Source of the DNA: Thermodesulfobacteriota bacterium
GTDB lineage: Bacteria > Desulfobacterota_D > UBA1144
Length of the DNA stretch: 64,000 bases
NCBI GenBank assembly: GCA_036340075.1
Contig: JAYYZJ010000003.1
Location: forward strand, 1-64,000
Direction: 5' to 3'
The notes under the pieces were generated by a model. It worked only from the letters and a program-made list of their open reading frames with translations. It was not told where the DNA came from and made no database searches. Of the stretch, positions 30,148 through 40,922 are shown piece after piece. The stretch's first letter is position 1. Every line of letters begins with the position of its first letter. The translations under genes and the position numbers were made by a program.

Positions 30148-30978
30148 ATGCCAGAAGAAGTAAAAAAAATATTAGAGAATCTCAAAGCTTTTCCTAAAAA
30201 AGCCTTAGGTCAAAACTTTTTAATTAATAAAACAAAAATCAATAAGATAAGTGAAGAGTTGTTGAAATACGATACTGATGAAATAATTGAAATAGGCCCT
30301 GGTCTAGGAGCAATAACTGAGAAAATTGCTCATTCGAAAAAAAGAATTATATGTATCGAGAAAGACGGTACGCTTTATGATTATCTAGTAAATAAATTTA
30401 TAGATTCACCTGATTTACATGTAATCAAAAAAGATATTCTAAATACAAGCTTAAGGAAAATTAGAACTAAGAAAAAGGCTATTGTTTTTGGCAATCTTCC
30501 ATACAATATAGCATCACAGATAGTAATAAAATTTGTAGATGAGTTTTACATGGAGAAGGTAGCTGGAATTTTCATGTTTCAAAAGGAAGTCGCTGAAAGA
30601 ATTCTTTCAGCTCCAAAGTCCAAAGCATACAATGCTTTTACATTAAAGATCCAAAGCTTCTTTGAAATCAAAAAGATTCTGAGTCTTAATGAAGCTGATT
30701 TCTGGCCACCACCAAAAATAAAATCTACTTTAGTTATGTTGAGACCAAAAACTAAGAATAAAAAAAACTACGAGAACTATACTGAATTTAATGCCTTTCT
30801 TACTTTGTCTTTTTCTTCAAAGAGGAAAACTTTGATAAATAATTTACAGAAAAATTTTCCTAGAGAAAAGATATTGTTAGCTTTAAAAAAAATATCTAAA
30901 AAAGAAAACATCAGGGCAGAAGAAATAGATAATGAAGATTTCTTTGAAATATTTTACTATCTAAAGAATCAAAAATAA
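30148..30978 (+). CDS. rsmA: 16S rRNA adenine dimethyltransferase
   Basis: KKALGQNFL, EIGPGLG, GNLPYNI, MFQKEVAER. Confidence 0.95.
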   Translation: MPEEVKKILENLKAFPKKALGQNFLINKTKINKISEELLKYDTDEIIEIGPGLGAITEKIAHSKKRIICIEKDGTLYDYLVNKFIDSPDLHVIKKDILNTSLRKIRTKKKAIVFGNLPYNIASQIVIKFVDEFYMEKVAGIFMFQKEVAERILSAPKSKAYNAFTLKIQSFFEIKKILSLNEADFWPPPKIKSTLVMLRPKTKNKKNYENYTEFNAFLTLSFSSKRKTLINNLQKNFPREKILLALKKISKKENIRAEEIDNEDFFEIFYYLKNQK

Positions 30979-32177
30979 TATATTTTGCTTAACAATTGGT
31001 CAATGAAAGGCCTTATAGAATAATTATAATCATTTACTATAATTGAAAAAGCATAAAGATCATCATCTTGACCTTTAAAGTATCCAGACAGCGAGCTTAC
31101 TCCAAATATATAACCTGTTTTAGCCCTCAGGTTGTCATATAATGGCTTATTTTTAAATCTACGAATCAAAGTTCCATCTATTCCTCCTACTGGCAAGGAT
31201 TCATAGAAATCATCAAAATAATTTTGGTCAACAGTAAATTCTAGAATCTTAACCATAGCTACTGGTGAAATCTTGTTTTTAGAAGAAAGCCCTGAACCGT
31301 CACTGATTACAAAGCTTCCTTCATCAAGTTCAATTTTTTTAATCAAAAAATTCTTCACCAGTCTTCTAGAATTTACCCACGAGCCTTCTGTCCTAAAAAA
31401 ATTAGCGGATAATTTTTTGAATAGATGCTCTGCATATAGATTGTTGCTTTTTTTGTTTACTACACTAACAATCGTAGAAAGTTGTGATGAGCTTGTTTCG
31501 TATTTTATTTTGAATGGGCTTAATTTTCTAATGGTTGGAATCTTTGAGATTTTAATATTTCCATTAAATTTTATATTTTGTCTCCTAAGTTCTTTTTTAA
31601 ATTTTACACCCAACAAATATAATGGATTATCTGTTAAGTAGACTGTGGAACCTGAAGAGTAATAATTTCCATCAATGGCTATCGAAGATACATACGGTGC
31701 CCACACTAATCCTTTCCATTTCATTTTCCAGTCTCGATTATAGTATGGTTTTTCATAGTAATTACTGTTCAGCACTATATCTCCATCAATCGATTTAACT
31801 CCTTGCTTCTTAAAATAAGCAACTGCTTTCTTTAAGTGACTTCTTTTTAGAGTTGGGTCACCTTTAGTATCGATAAAAAGATCTTGCTTGTATAAACCTG
31901 TTTGATTTTTTTTGACCGCTAGAAAAAAAACAGTCTTAAACCTATAGTTCTTTCCTAATAAATGCAGAGAAGTAATTGTGGTAACTATCTTCTGGTTTGA
32001 TGCAGGAGTAAATTTTTTCTTCCCTTTATAGCTTGCAATAATTTTTCCGTTCGTAATATTCTTAATATAGATACCTAGATTTGGGCTTATTGAGATTTGT
32101 CTTGCTATCAATGAGTCTACCGTTTCTGCCATCGAGCAATTACTTGCAAACAGAAAGAAGAACAAAGTATAAATCAT
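30969..32177 (-). CDS. dacB: D-Ala-D-Ala carboxypeptidase/endopeptidase (PBP4, S13)
   Basis: PASNQK, SNN, DGSGLS, AKTG; alternative start 32207. Confidence 0.92.
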   Translation of the reverse strand: MIYTLFFFLFASNCSMAETVDSLIARQISISPNLGIYIKNITNGKIIASYKGKKKFTPASNQKIVTTITSLHLLGKNYRFKTVFFLAVKKNQTGLYKQDLFIDTKGDPTLKRSHLKKAVAYFKKQGVKSIDGDIVLNSNYYEKPYYNRDWKMKWKGLVWAPYVSSIAIDGNYYSSGSTVYLTDNPLYLLGVKFKKELRRQNIKFNGNIKISKIPTIRKLSPFKIKYETSSSQLSTIVSVVNKKSNNLYAEHLFKKLSANFFRTEGSWVNSRRLVKNFLIKKIELDEGSFVISDGSGLSSKNKISPVAMVKILEFTVDQNYFDDFYESLPVGGIDGTLIRRFKNKPLYDNLRAKTGYIFGVSSLSGYFKGQDDDLYAFSIIVNDYNYSIRPFIDQLLSKIYYF

Positions 32178-32188
32178 GGATGATTTAT

Positions 32189-34852
32189 TTAATGTGAATC
32201 TGCCCATGTTTTACCACTTTTAAGTTCTACCACTAAAGGGACATTTAACTTAATAGAATTCTCCATATGACTAATTATACGTTCTGAGACATATTCTATC
32301 TTATTTTTTTTCACTTCAAATACTAACTCATCATGAACTTGTATTATCATCTTACAATGTTTTTCAATTGAAAAATCATCATTGATGCATATCATCGATT
32401 GTTTGATTACATCAGATGCTGAACCCTGAATAGGGGTATTTATTGCTGCCCTTTCCGCAGCTGCTCTAAGGGCAAAATTATTCGAATTGATTGTTTCGAT
32501 ATACCGTCTTCGTTTAAGAATTGTTTCAGCATAACCTTTTTGACGAGTTAAATTTTTTATTTTTTCAAAAAATTCTTTTACTCCACTATATCGTTCAAAA
32601 TACTTTTCAATATATTTTCTTGCTGTTTTTGTATCTTGGTTGATTTGCAAAGCTAAACGTTTAGCTCCTATTCCGTATAGTATTCCAAAATTTATCGTTT
32701 TTGCTATTCTTCTTTGTTCCTCACTTACTAGATGCTTTCTTAAATTAAAAATCTCAGAAGCTGTCTTAGTATGGATATCCTCTCCGCTTTTAAAACTTTT
32801 TATCATTTCTTTGTCTTTCGAAAAGTGAGCTAAGAGTCGAAGCTCAATTTGAGAATAATCTGCGGAAACAATAATCGAGTCTTTATCACTTGAAACGAAA
32901 GCTTCTCTTATCCTTTTTCCCTCAGTTGTTTTTATTGGTATATTTTGTAAATTTGGATTACTTGAAGAAAGTCTTCCGGTAGCGGTCCCTACATGATTAT
33001 AAGACGTATGTATTTTCTTTGTATCAGGGAAAACAAGTTCGGGTAATAAATCAAGATATGTGGATTTAAGTTTAGAGTAAAATCTAAAAAGTAAAATTTC
33101 ATTTAATACATCATGTTGATTAATAATATTTTGTATAGATTCAGAGTCAGTCGAAAATTCTCCTTTTTTTGTTTTTTTAAATGGTTTTAAATTTAATTTT
33201 TCAAATAATATCTTTCTTAATTGTAAGGGTGAATTGATATTAAACTCTTCATCTACTTGTTTATATATTTTTTTTTGCGTTTTTTTAATTGAAGTATTGA
33301 ATTCTTTTGACAAGCTTTTGAGTTTTTTTTGGTCTATTTTGACCCCTTCTTTCTCCATCTGTGCTAATACATAAATAAATGGAATTTCATATTTACTAAA
33401 AAAACTCATCAACTTATTTTCTTTTAATTTTTTGCTGAACAAATAAAACAATCTTAGAGTAATATCTGCGTCTTCACATGAATAATTAACTGCTGTATCA
33501 ATTTTCACATCTGAAAACGGGATACTCTTTTTATCGATAGTTGTAACCTCCTTATAAGTTATCATCTGGTGGTTAAGAAATCTTCTAGATAAATTATCTA
33601 GACTGTATGTCTGCAAAGAGCTATCAAGGAAATGTGCGGCTATCATTGTATCGAAAAAAATACCCTTGAGATTTACGCCATATTTAGAAAAAACTATAAT
33701 TTCATATTTTATATTTTGACCGATTTTCTTAATTTTTTCGTTCTCAAGTATTGGTTTAAGATTTTTAATTATATAATCAATTTTAAGCTGATCTATTTCT
33801 TCTTTGTGAGATATAGGTATATAAAAACCAGTCTCTTCAATGAAAGAAAAGGATATTCCCACTATTTCTGCCTCTATAGGGTTTGGTGATGTAGTTTCTA
33901 AATCTAAGGACACAAAATCCGATTTATTTAAATTGGATAATAATTCTTGAAAATCATCAATAGTTAATATTGATTTATAATTAGAATTTTCTACTTTTCT
34001 ATAATTAGTCTTTTGGTCAACAAACGATTCAAATTCTAGCTCTACAAAAAGGTTGTTTAAGGCTTCTTCGTCTGGCTCTATTATTTTAAAATCTTCCGTT
34101 TGAAGGGAAATATTCAAGTCTGTTTTTATTGTCACCAATTCTTTGCTAAGATTTGCTTCTTCTTGGTAATCCAGTAGAAGATTCCTTATTCGCTCGTTTT
34201 CAACCTTATCTAAGTTCTTATAAAGATTTTCTAAGGTCTTGTGTTTCCCAAGCAATCCTTCAGCTGTTTTAGGACCTATTCCCTTAACTCCTGGAATATT
34301 ATCTATCGAGTCTCCAACCAAAGAAAAGAAATCTATCATTTGCTTTGGACTTAATCCATATTTTTTTACAACTTCATCGACCGAGGTAGTTCTGTTCCTC
34401 ATTGTATCAATCATTGTAACTTTTGAATCAATCAATTGAGTAAAATCTTTATCGCCTGAAAGGATGATAATGTTATGTTTTGACTTAAATTTCTTAACTA
34501 GTGAGCCTATTACATCATCAGCCTCATAATTTTCCATGGACAACACTCTAACTCCTTTTGCTTTCAAGAAATCTATAATTATTGGAAATTGTAAAGAGAT
34601 GTCTTCAGGTGCTTCTCCTCTATTCGCTTTATATTCATCAAAGATATCATTCCTAAAGGATTTACCACCTGAATCAAAGACTGCAGCAAAGTAGTCTGGT
34701 TTAGTTTCTTCAAGCAATTTGTTAATCATGGTTACAAAACCAAAAATTGCATTCGTAGGGAACCCTTTAGAGTTCTCTAGGTAGTTTATTGCATGATATG
34801 CTCGGAATACATAAGAGCTAGCATCTAATATAAAAAAGTTTTTTGAGCTCAT
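32189..34852 (-). CDS. polA: DNA polymerase I
   Basis: 5' nuclease (EADDVIG, DNIPGV), 3' exonuclease (LDLETT), polymerase motifs [24 protein letters not shown]. Confidence 0.97.
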   Translation of the reverse strand: MSSKNFFILDASSYVFRAYHAINYLENSKGFPTNAIFGFVTMINKLLEETKPDYFAAVFDSGGKSFRNDIFDEYKANRGEAPEDISLQFPIIIDFLKAKGVRVLSMENYEADDVIGSLVKKFKSKHNIIILSGDKDFTQLIDSKVTMIDTMRNRTTSVDEVVKKYGLSPKQMIDFFSLVGDSIDNIPGVKGIGPKTAEGLLGKHKTLENLYKNLDKVENERIRNLLLDYQEEANLSKELVTIKTDLNISLQTEDFKIIEPDEEALNNLFVELEFESFVDQKTNYRKVENSNYKSILTIDDFQELLSNLNKSDFVSLDLETTSPNPIEAEIVGISFSFIEETGFYIPISHKEEIDQLKIDYIIKNLKPILENEKIKKIGQNIKYEIIVFSKYGVNLKGIFFDTMIAAHFLDSSLQTYSLDNLSRRFLNHQMITYKEVTTIDKKSIPFSDVKIDTAVNYSCEDADITLRLFYLFSKKLKENKLMSFFSKYEIPFIYVLAQMEKEGVKIDQKKLKSLSKEFNTSIKKTQKKIYKQVDEEFNINSPLQLRKILFEKLNLKPFKKTKKGEFSTDSESIQNIINQHDVLNEILLFRFYSKLKSTYLDLLPELVFPDTKKIHTSYNHVGTATGRLSSSNPNLQNIPIKTTEGKRIREAFVSSDKDSIIVSADYSQIELRLLAHFSKDKEMIKSFKSGEDIHTKTASEIFNLRKHLVSEEQRRIAKTINFGILYGIGAKRLALQINQDTKTARKYIEKYFERYSGVKEFFEKIKNLTRQKGYAETILKRRRYIETINSNNFALRAAAERAAINTPIQGSASDVIKQSMICINDDFSIEKHCKMIIQVHDELVFEVKKNKIEYVSERIISHMENSIKLNVPLVVELKSGKTWADSH

Positions 34853-35163
34853 TCAAGATTAAGCTTCTTTGCTAATTCCCCATTTTCAAACATTTCAATA
34901 CAGATATCACATCCTCCTAGAAATTCTCCATCAACATAAAGCTGAGGAAGTGTAGGCCAATTAGAAAATTCTTTAATAGATGAGCGAAGCTCTGGATCAG
35001 CTAGAACATCAAAAGTCTTATATTCTATGTTGAAAGTATTAAGAATTTGAACAACTTGTGAAGAAAAGCCACACATGGGCATCTCTGGTGTACCTTTCAT
35101 AAATAAAACAATTTTATTCTCTGCTATTGATTTAGCTATCAAATCTTTAATCTCTTCGGACAT
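34849..35163 (-). CDS. grxD: Monothiol glutaredoxin
   Basis: [21 protein letters not shown]. Confidence 0.95.
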   Translation of the reverse strand: MSEEIKDLIAKSIAENKIVLFMKGTPEMPMCGFSSQVVQILNTFNIEYKTFDVLADPELRSSIKEFSNWPTLPQLYVDGEFLGGCDICIEMFENGELAKKLNLE

Positions 35164-35172
35164 AATCTCCTC

Positions 35173-35403
35173 TTAAGTATCCAACTCTTTTGGAGAAAGA
35201 GTTTTCATTGATAGTGCATGGATATCTTCTGCCATGTCACTGCCTAATACTGAATATATAATTTTATGTCTTTCGAGAGTAGATTTTCCTTCAAAAATAG
35301 GGCTAATAATCACTGCCTCAAAATGAACACCATCTCCCTTAACATCAGCTTTTGTTTCAGGAATAGAGGATTCTATTTTCTCTTTTATATACTCAACATC
35401 CAT
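35173..35403 (-). CDS. BolA/IbaG family protein
   Basis: GDGVHF, FEGKSTLERH, IHALS; adjacent to grxD. Confidence 0.92.
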   Translation of the reverse strand: MDVEYIKEKIESSIPETKADVKGDGVHFEAVIISPIFEGKSTLERHKIIYSVLGSDMAEDIHALSMKTLSPKELDT

Positions 35404-35444
35404 CGCAATATAATTATTATAATACAATTCCGTATGCTATCAAT

Positions 35445-36692
35445 TTAATAAATTAAACCAAAAAAGTTTAGTAGGAAAAAGATAAGAAAAATACTCAAGA
35501 AGAGCAATCCCGATAAAGAGAGAGTCTTTAAAACTTTATTTGGTCTAAATTCTAGAGGAAAATCTTTGTTGAAAATTAATTTATGATTGAGAAATGCTAA
35601 GAAGGGTGCCGTAACAAAGGAAAGAATGGTTGCCAAATCAACTAAATATTTCATTCTTTTCCCTATATAAAAGATTGTGATTAAGGTCCCAACAACTACA
35701 AAAAATAATAAGATTTTTTTGTAATCCTTTTCCTTTGAATTTGAAGTATTTTTAATAACATTAATACTTTTGCTTAGAACCCTTGGAAAGGCGTCGAGAC
35801 AAGTAATAGTAGTGCTAAACATAGTAGTGAATGCTGTAAGTAGAATTATATTTCTAGACCAATCTCCTAAAGAAGCATAAAGTTGAACAAGTTGATTTAC
35901 AAATGTTGTTGCACTGGGTGCAAATTCTTCTCCACTTCCATAAAAAACATTCGCTCCTAATATTAAAAAAAGAACAGCAAGTAGAGAAGTTGTAATATAA
36001 GAAATATTAAAATCTAAAAAATTATCTTTATAAGAAAAGGATTCATTATGATTCCTCTTTTCCATTATCCAAATTGATGACCAAGCAGATAAGTCAATTG
36101 GTGACGGCATCCAGCCAATTAATGCAATAATAAAAGTAAGTCCAACTGATGAGAGAATTTCGGGTTGGATGAAATCTATCGAAGGGACCACCGTTATTTG
36201 ATTTGTTAGACACACAGAGACTAAAGTTGATATTACAAGTATTAAAATAAGAAATTTTACGAAAATATCAAAGTATTTTCTATTAACAAAGAGTATGATA
36301 AAACTGCAAAGAGATAGAATGATTAAAGAAGTTAAAAAGAAATCGGAATCGAGATTTAACCAATTTTGAAGAATCGCAGCAGTGACTCTTGTTACTCCTG
36401 CTTGAATAGTGAACATAGTAGAAATAGTTAGTGCAACAAACAAATAGATTGCCCACTTTCCGATCTTTCTATATCCATCCAAGACCGTTTCATTCTTAAC
36501 GACGGTATATCTTGTAGCAAATTCAAAGAAAGGATATTTAAAAAAGTTAGCCAAAATAACGGTGAGAATTAAGATGTAACCATAAGTTGCTCCAGCTCTA
36601 GTTGATTGAACTATATGAGAAACACCTATTGCTGCAGATGCCCACAATATACTAGGACCAAGCCTGTTAATTAATTGTAAAATATTATTCAT
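35445..36692 (-). CDS. NRAMP-like / APC-fold transporter
   Basis: Multi-TM; GPSILWASAAIGVSHIVQSTRAGA, GWMPSPID, TMFSTTITCLD. Confidence 0.8.
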   Translation of the reverse strand: MNNILQLINRLGPSILWASAAIGVSHIVQSTRAGATYGYILILTVILANFFKYPFFEFATRYTVVKNETVLDGYRKIGKWAIYLFVALTISTMFTIQAGVTRVTAAILQNWLNLDSDFFLTSLIILSLCSFIILFVNRKYFDIFVKFLILILVISTLVSVCLTNQITVVPSIDFIQPEILSSVGLTFIIALIGWMPSPIDLSAWSSIWIMEKRNHNESFSYKDNFLDFNISYITTSLLAVLFLILGANVFYGSGEEFAPSATTFVNQLVQLYASLGDWSRNIILLTAFTTMFSTTITCLDAFPRVLSKSINVIKNTSNSKEKDYKKILLFFVVVGTLITIFYIGKRMKYLVDLATILSFVTAPFLAFLNHKLIFNKDFPLEFRPNKVLKTLSLSGLLFLSIFLIFFLLNFFGLIY

Positions 36693-36760
36693 AAATCTAG
36701 ATTATTATATTTTTTTTTAGTTAAAATTAAAGCTATAAATTAATAAAGCAAGGAGGCGGT

Positions 36761-37711
36761 ATGACAGATTGTGCAATAATTGGTTCGGGAATCAGTGGTA
36801 CATTCGCGGCTTTGTATTTTAAAAGGTTTGGCATAAGTAATATATCAATTTTTGATAAATCACGAGGAGTAGGAGGAAGGCTAGCAACTAGAAGAATAGA
36901 AAATGGGAAGTTTGATCATGGTGCACAGTATCTCAATATAGAGGAAATAAGACATGTTCCTGAGATAGTTAGTCTAATAAAAAACAAAATTATTTTTAAA
37001 TGGGGGGAAATGGATCGATATGTGGCAGAGGAAGGAATGACGAATATAAGCAAATTTTTACTCTCTGATTTAGATGTAAAAAAGGAACATAAACTTCTAC
37101 GTATTAACAACTTAGATGATAAAATTGAATTAGTCTTTGAAAACGGTGAAACTTTTTATTCGAAATCAATAATTTTTTCATGTCCAATACCCCAAACTAT
37201 AGAAATCCTTGAAAATAGTAAAATTAAAGTAAAAGAATCCTCCTTTAATAAGCTAAAAAAGATTGAATACAATCCTTGCATCGTTATTTTAATAGAAGGA
37301 AAAACAAGGGCTGATAGTTTGGAAGAAGATTTTGGTCAAAATTTTTCTTCGGGGAATATATCCTGGATTGCTGATAATAATAAGAAGAGAATATCGGAAC
37401 GAAATAATTTTTTTACTGTTCAATGTTCTAGTGATTTTAGTCAATTAAATATTGATAAAAATTATGATGAGATTGCTTCTTTAATAGATAAAGATTTAAG
37501 AAATATTTTTACAGATGAATATAAGATTTTATCAAACCATAAATGGCGATATTCTACACCAAAAACATTCTACAAAAATGAACTAAGTATCGATGTTGGG
37601 AAAAATATTTTTATTGGAATATGTGGTGATGCTTTCACAAATGGGAAATTTGATGGTGCAGTAAAATCTGGAATTAATATTGTTACTAAATATTTAGATA
37701 GATATCGTTAG
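36761..37711 (+). CDS. Renalase-like FAD-dependent oxidoreductase
   Basis: IIGSGISG, DKSRGVGGRLATRR, FDHGAQY, HKWRYS, CGD; AGGAGG SD. Confidence 0.88.
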   Translation: MTDCAIIGSGISGTFAALYFKRFGISNISIFDKSRGVGGRLATRRIENGKFDHGAQYLNIEEIRHVPEIVSLIKNKIIFKWGEMDRYVAEEGMTNISKFLLSDLDVKKEHKLLRINNLDDKIELVFENGETFYSKSIIFSCPIPQTIEILENSKIKVKESSFNKLKKIEYNPCIVILIEGKTRADSLEEDFGQNFSSGNISWIADNNKKRISERNNFFTVQCSSDFSQLNIDKNYDEIASLIDKDLRNIFTDEYKILSNHKWRYSTPKTFYKNELSIDVGKNIFIGICGDAFTNGKFDGAVKSGINIVTKYLDRYR

Positions 37712-38962
37712 AAGCTCGTTCCAATTTGTAGTAAAATGTTTTGATTTTTTAGTCCTCTTAGTTATCCAAGCCTGGTTAACACCAGTAATGCTGTATTTAA
37801 GAGTATTTTTTCCGTAATGATTATTAATCTTATCAATGACTTTCATTAACCTCTCTTCTTTGTCTATCAATTCCAAATTATCATTAAATGTGAATTGTTT
37901 GAAATTTGAGTCTTGGATTTCAGCTAAAAACACATGTCCTTTTTTATATAAGAGACCTTTTTTAAAAATCTTCTTAAGTATGTTAATTCCATGATGAATC
38001 AATGTAGAAGTAGAGTTAGTCGATTGTTCTAGTAGAATTGTGTCATGCAAAAATATATATCCTAAATTGCTATCAAATTTGTTAGTTGAAATAGCAACGG
38101 TAATCCTAGAGCATAGTGAATCTTGCTCTCTTAGTTTCTCTGCAGCCCGTGATATATATGTTGATATTGCTTCTTCAAGTAAATTAAAATCTAGAACTCC
38201 TGAAGCAAATGCCCTAGAAGTAATTATTTGTTTCTTGTTAGGTTCTGCATATTTTAATTCTATACATGGAAAACCGTTTAATTCCATTACTGTCTTGAGC
38301 ACATTAATACTTGTTTTTTTTCGTATCCATTTATAATCAACCTCCTTTAATTCAAGAGCATTGCTTATTCCGTTGCTCGTAAGAAATTCATTTAGTCTAT
38401 TACCAATTCCCCAAATCTCTCCAACTTCTACGTCTTTCAAGATAGGTTCTATAAGCTTGTCGTCATTTACTAGAGTGCTAATTCCGGCTTCTTTCTTTGC
38501 TATTTTATTTGCAACTTTTGCTAAAGTCTTGGTCGTCGATATCCCTATAGATACTGGGATTCCTGTCCATTTCAATATTCTCTCTCTAAGTTTATTGAAT
38601 TCTTCAATAATAGATTTTTCATTCGAATGTGCAAAATAAACAAATGCTTCATCTATTGAGTAAATTTCGGTCTTAGGAAAAGAATCTCTTATTATGGTCA
38701 TTACTCTGCTAGACATATCAGCGTAGAGAGTGTAGTTCGAGGAAAATACTTGTACATTATTTTTTTCGATTATTGGCTTACATTTAAAAAATGGCTCGCC
38801 CATTCTGATTCCTAGTCTCTTAGCTTCGTTAGACCTTGCGATTATACATCCATCATTATTGGAAAGAATAATTAATGGCTTATTCCTTAGTGTTGGGTTA
38901 AAGACCTGTTCGCAAGAAGCATAAAAATTATTACAATCAATTAAAGCTACATATTGTTTCAT
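37694..38962 (-). CDS. umuC: Y-family DNA polymerase V catalytic subunit
   Basis: ALIDCNNFYASCE, LSNNDGC, SSNYTLY, YSIDEAF, C-terminal FTTNWNEL. Confidence 0.93.
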   Translation of the reverse strand: MKQYVALIDCNNFYASCEQVFNPTLRNKPLIILSNNDGCIIARSNEAKRLGIRMGEPFFKCKPIIEKNNVQVFSSNYTLYADMSSRVMTIIRDSFPKTEIYSIDEAFVYFAHSNEKSIIEEFNKLRERILKWTGIPVSIGISTTKTLAKVANKIAKKEAGISTLVNDDKLIEPILKDVEVGEIWGIGNRLNEFLTSNGISNALELKEVDYKWIRKKTSINVLKTVMELNGFPCIELKYAEPNKKQIITSRAFASGVLDFNLLEEAISTYISRAAEKLREQDSLCSRITVAISTNKFDSNLGYIFLHDTILLEQSTNSTSTLIHHGINILKKIFKKGLLYKKGHVFLAEIQDSNFKQFTFNDNLELIDKEERLMKVIDKINNHYGKNTLKYSITGVNQAWITKRTKKSKHFTTNWNELLTISI

Positions 38963-38964
38963 GG

Positions 38965-39423
38965 CTAAGCTTGGTGGATGATGTAGGTAACAACACCCCA
39001 TGTATCAAAATCCATTTCTTCTGTTATTTCAATCTTCTTGAAACTCTTATTCTCAGGATGAAGAAATATTCTTTGGTTTCTTATCGAAATTCTTTTTACA
39101 GTTAGCTCTCCATTAATTAGTGCTATTACTATGTTTCCATCTTTAACTTCTATAGCCCTATCTACAATTAGAGTATCTCCTGATTCGATTCTTGCATTTA
39201 CCATTGAGTCACCTTCAACCTTAACAAAGAATGTAGCCGCAGGATTCTTTATAAGTAGCTCATTAAGATCAAGATTTTTTTCTATATAGTCATCTCCTGG
39301 TGAAGGAAAACCAGCTTGTACCCTTGCAATAAAAAGTGGCAATTTTTTTGCGCCGTGTCTTTTTTCTATTGGTCTAATCTCAGATACTAGCAATCCTGAT
39401 TTTCTGGCAGAAGACATAGACAT
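38965..39423 (-). CDS. umuD: DNA polymerase V autoproteolytic subunit
   Basis: QAGFPSP cleavage site, GDSM (Ser), TVKR (Lys); alternative start 39417. Confidence 0.93.
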   Translation of the reverse strand: MSMSSARKSGLLVSEIRPIEKRHGAKKLPLFIARVQAGFPSPGDDYIEKNLDLNELLIKNPAATFFVKVEGDSMVNARIESGDTLIVDRAIEVKDGNIVIALINGELTVKRISIRNQRIFLHPENKSFKKIEITEEMDFDTWGVVTYIIHQA

Positions 39424-39445
39424 AATTATACCGAACTACAGCAAA

Positions 39446-39823
39446 CTATTTTGATAATCGTGCCTTCACAAAGAAAGTAATAGCAGCAATAAAATATGGG
39501 ACGAGTATTAATGCCATTAACGCTCTATATAAAGCTGCTAATGGTCTGGCTAGCTTGTCACATCCCTCTACAACTTCACATGAAAGAAGTAAAGGTATGG
39601 TTGATAGAGAAGTTATACTTCCGGCAAGACCTATTACTACAACAACAATCGCTATGTGAATAAATTTTCTTCTTCTTTCTGTTTTTAAAGCAAGTACTCC
39701 GCACAAAGTGATTAATAATCCTATGAATGCTGGAATAAGAACAGTAACTGTATTATATGATAAGTACCCAGAAGCTCCTAGAAATATTAGCAAGAGTCCT
39801 GTCACTATTGTGTATCTTGGCAT
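39446..39823 (-). CDS. Hypothetical small multi-TM membrane protein
   Basis: About four hydrophobic segments; AGGAGGT SD. Confidence 0.75.
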   Translation of the reverse strand: MPRYTIVTGLLLIFLGASGYLSYNTVTVLIPAFIGLLITLCGVLALKTERRRKFIHIAIVVVVIGLAGSITSLSTIPLLLSCEVVEGCDKLARPLAALYRALMALILVPYFIAAITFFVKARLSK

Positions 39824-39856
39824 AAATACCTCCTAATTAATCAAGATTATGTTTTG

Positions 39857-39928
39857 CTCCGGAGGAGGGATTTGAACCCCCGACCAAGTGATTAACAGTC
39901 ACCTGCTCTGCCGCTGAGCTACTCCGGA
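39857..39928 (-). tRNA. tRNA-Asn(GTT), CCA not encoded
   Basis: TCCGGAG acceptor stem, GGTGA-CTGTTAA-TCACT anticodon arm, GTTCAAA T-loop. Confidence 0.96.
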
Positions 39929-39941
39929 ATATAAGATTATG

Positions 39942-39970
39942 AATTTAATGTAAATGGGGACTACAGTCAA
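39942..39970 (-). promoter_or_regulatory. Promoter of tRNA-Asn
   Basis: TTGACT-17 nt-TAAATT. Confidence 0.6.
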
Positions 39971-40022
39971 GCAGACTTTAGGGAATTGGAATCATAAAAG
40001 TATAAAAGTATAATCAACATTA

Positions 40023-40922
40023 ATGGATAAGAAGAAAAAGAAGAAACCGCAGATTATTAATCAAAATTCTAATTTGCCTGTACCAGCCAATTCCCTTGAG
40101 AAATATTTAACTGAAATAAGTAATTATCATATTTTATCCAGAGAAGAAGAGTATGATTTTGCAACTAAATACAGGGAATCCGGGGATATTGAAGCAGCTA
40201 GAAAGCTAATTACTTCAAATTTAAGATTTGTTGTAAAAATTGCCACAGAATATAAGAACTATGGATTAAATCTTATGGATATAATTCAGGAAGGAAATCT
40301 TGGACTAATGCAAGCAGTTACAAAATTTGACCCCACAAAAAGATACAGATTAATTTCCTATGGTGTTTGGTGGATTAGAGCATATATTCAGAACTTTATA
40401 ATGAAAAATTGGAGTCTTGTTAAAATAGGTACAACTCAATCTCAACGAAAATTATTTTATAAAATTAGATCTGCAAAAAGCTTATATAATGCCGGAGACA
40501 TTTCTCAAGATGAATATTATCAAAGATTATCTGAAGACTTAAAAATATCTATAAAAGAGATTAAAGAAATGGATATAAGAATGGGAGGAAAAGATTTCTC
40601 TTTAGATGAGGAGATTAAAGCAGGGGAACATCAAACAAAAATTGAATTTTTAGAATCAGGAAATCAAAACCAAGAAGATATTGTTTTAAAACAAGAACAA
40701 AATGAAGAATTGAATAGTGCTTTAACTGAAGCATTAGATATCTTAAATGATCGGGAAAAATACATAATACAAAATAGAATAATTTCTGAAGACCAACTAA
40801 CCCTTGAAGAAATAGGAGAAAAATTTAAAATTTCACGTGAAAGAGTAAGACAAATAGAAAAAACTGCTATAAGTAAAATTAAAAAAATTCTTTTAAAAAG
40901 AAATATTAAAGCAGACTTTTGA
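40023..40922 (+). CDS. rpoH: Sigma-32 family RNA polymerase sigma factor
   Basis: SNLRFVV, DIIQEGNLGLM, RpoH-box-like TTQSQRKLFYKIR, SRERVRQIE. Confidence 0.9.
   Translation: MDKKKKKKPQIINQNSNLPVPANSLEKYLTEISNYHILSREEEYDFATKYRESGDIEAARKLITSNLRFVVKIATEYKNYGLNLMDIIQEGNLGLMQAVTKFDPTKRYRLISYGVWWIRAYIQNFIMKNWSLVKIGTTQSQRKLFYKIRSAKSLYNAGDISQDEYYQRLSEDLKISIKEIKEMDIRMGGKDFSLDEEIKAGEHQTKIEFLESGNQNQEDIVLKQEQNEELNSALTEALDILNDREKYIIQNRIISEDQLTLEEIGEKFKISRERVRQIEKTAISKIKKILLKRNIKADF

Noticed and set aside
39431..39447. GAAC-TACAGC-AAAC upstream of umuD as a LexA box
   Set aside because: Fits neither GAAC-N4-GTTC, GAAC-N7-GAAC nor CTGT-N8-ACAG.
39857..39928. tRNA-Asn as the att site of an intact integrative element
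   Set aside because: No integrase and no convincing duplicate of the tRNA 3' end seen by eye.
39995..40014. Short tandem TAAAAGTA repeat upstream of rpoH
   Set aside because: Two copies in AT-rich DNA overlapping the -10 box; not distinguishable from chance.
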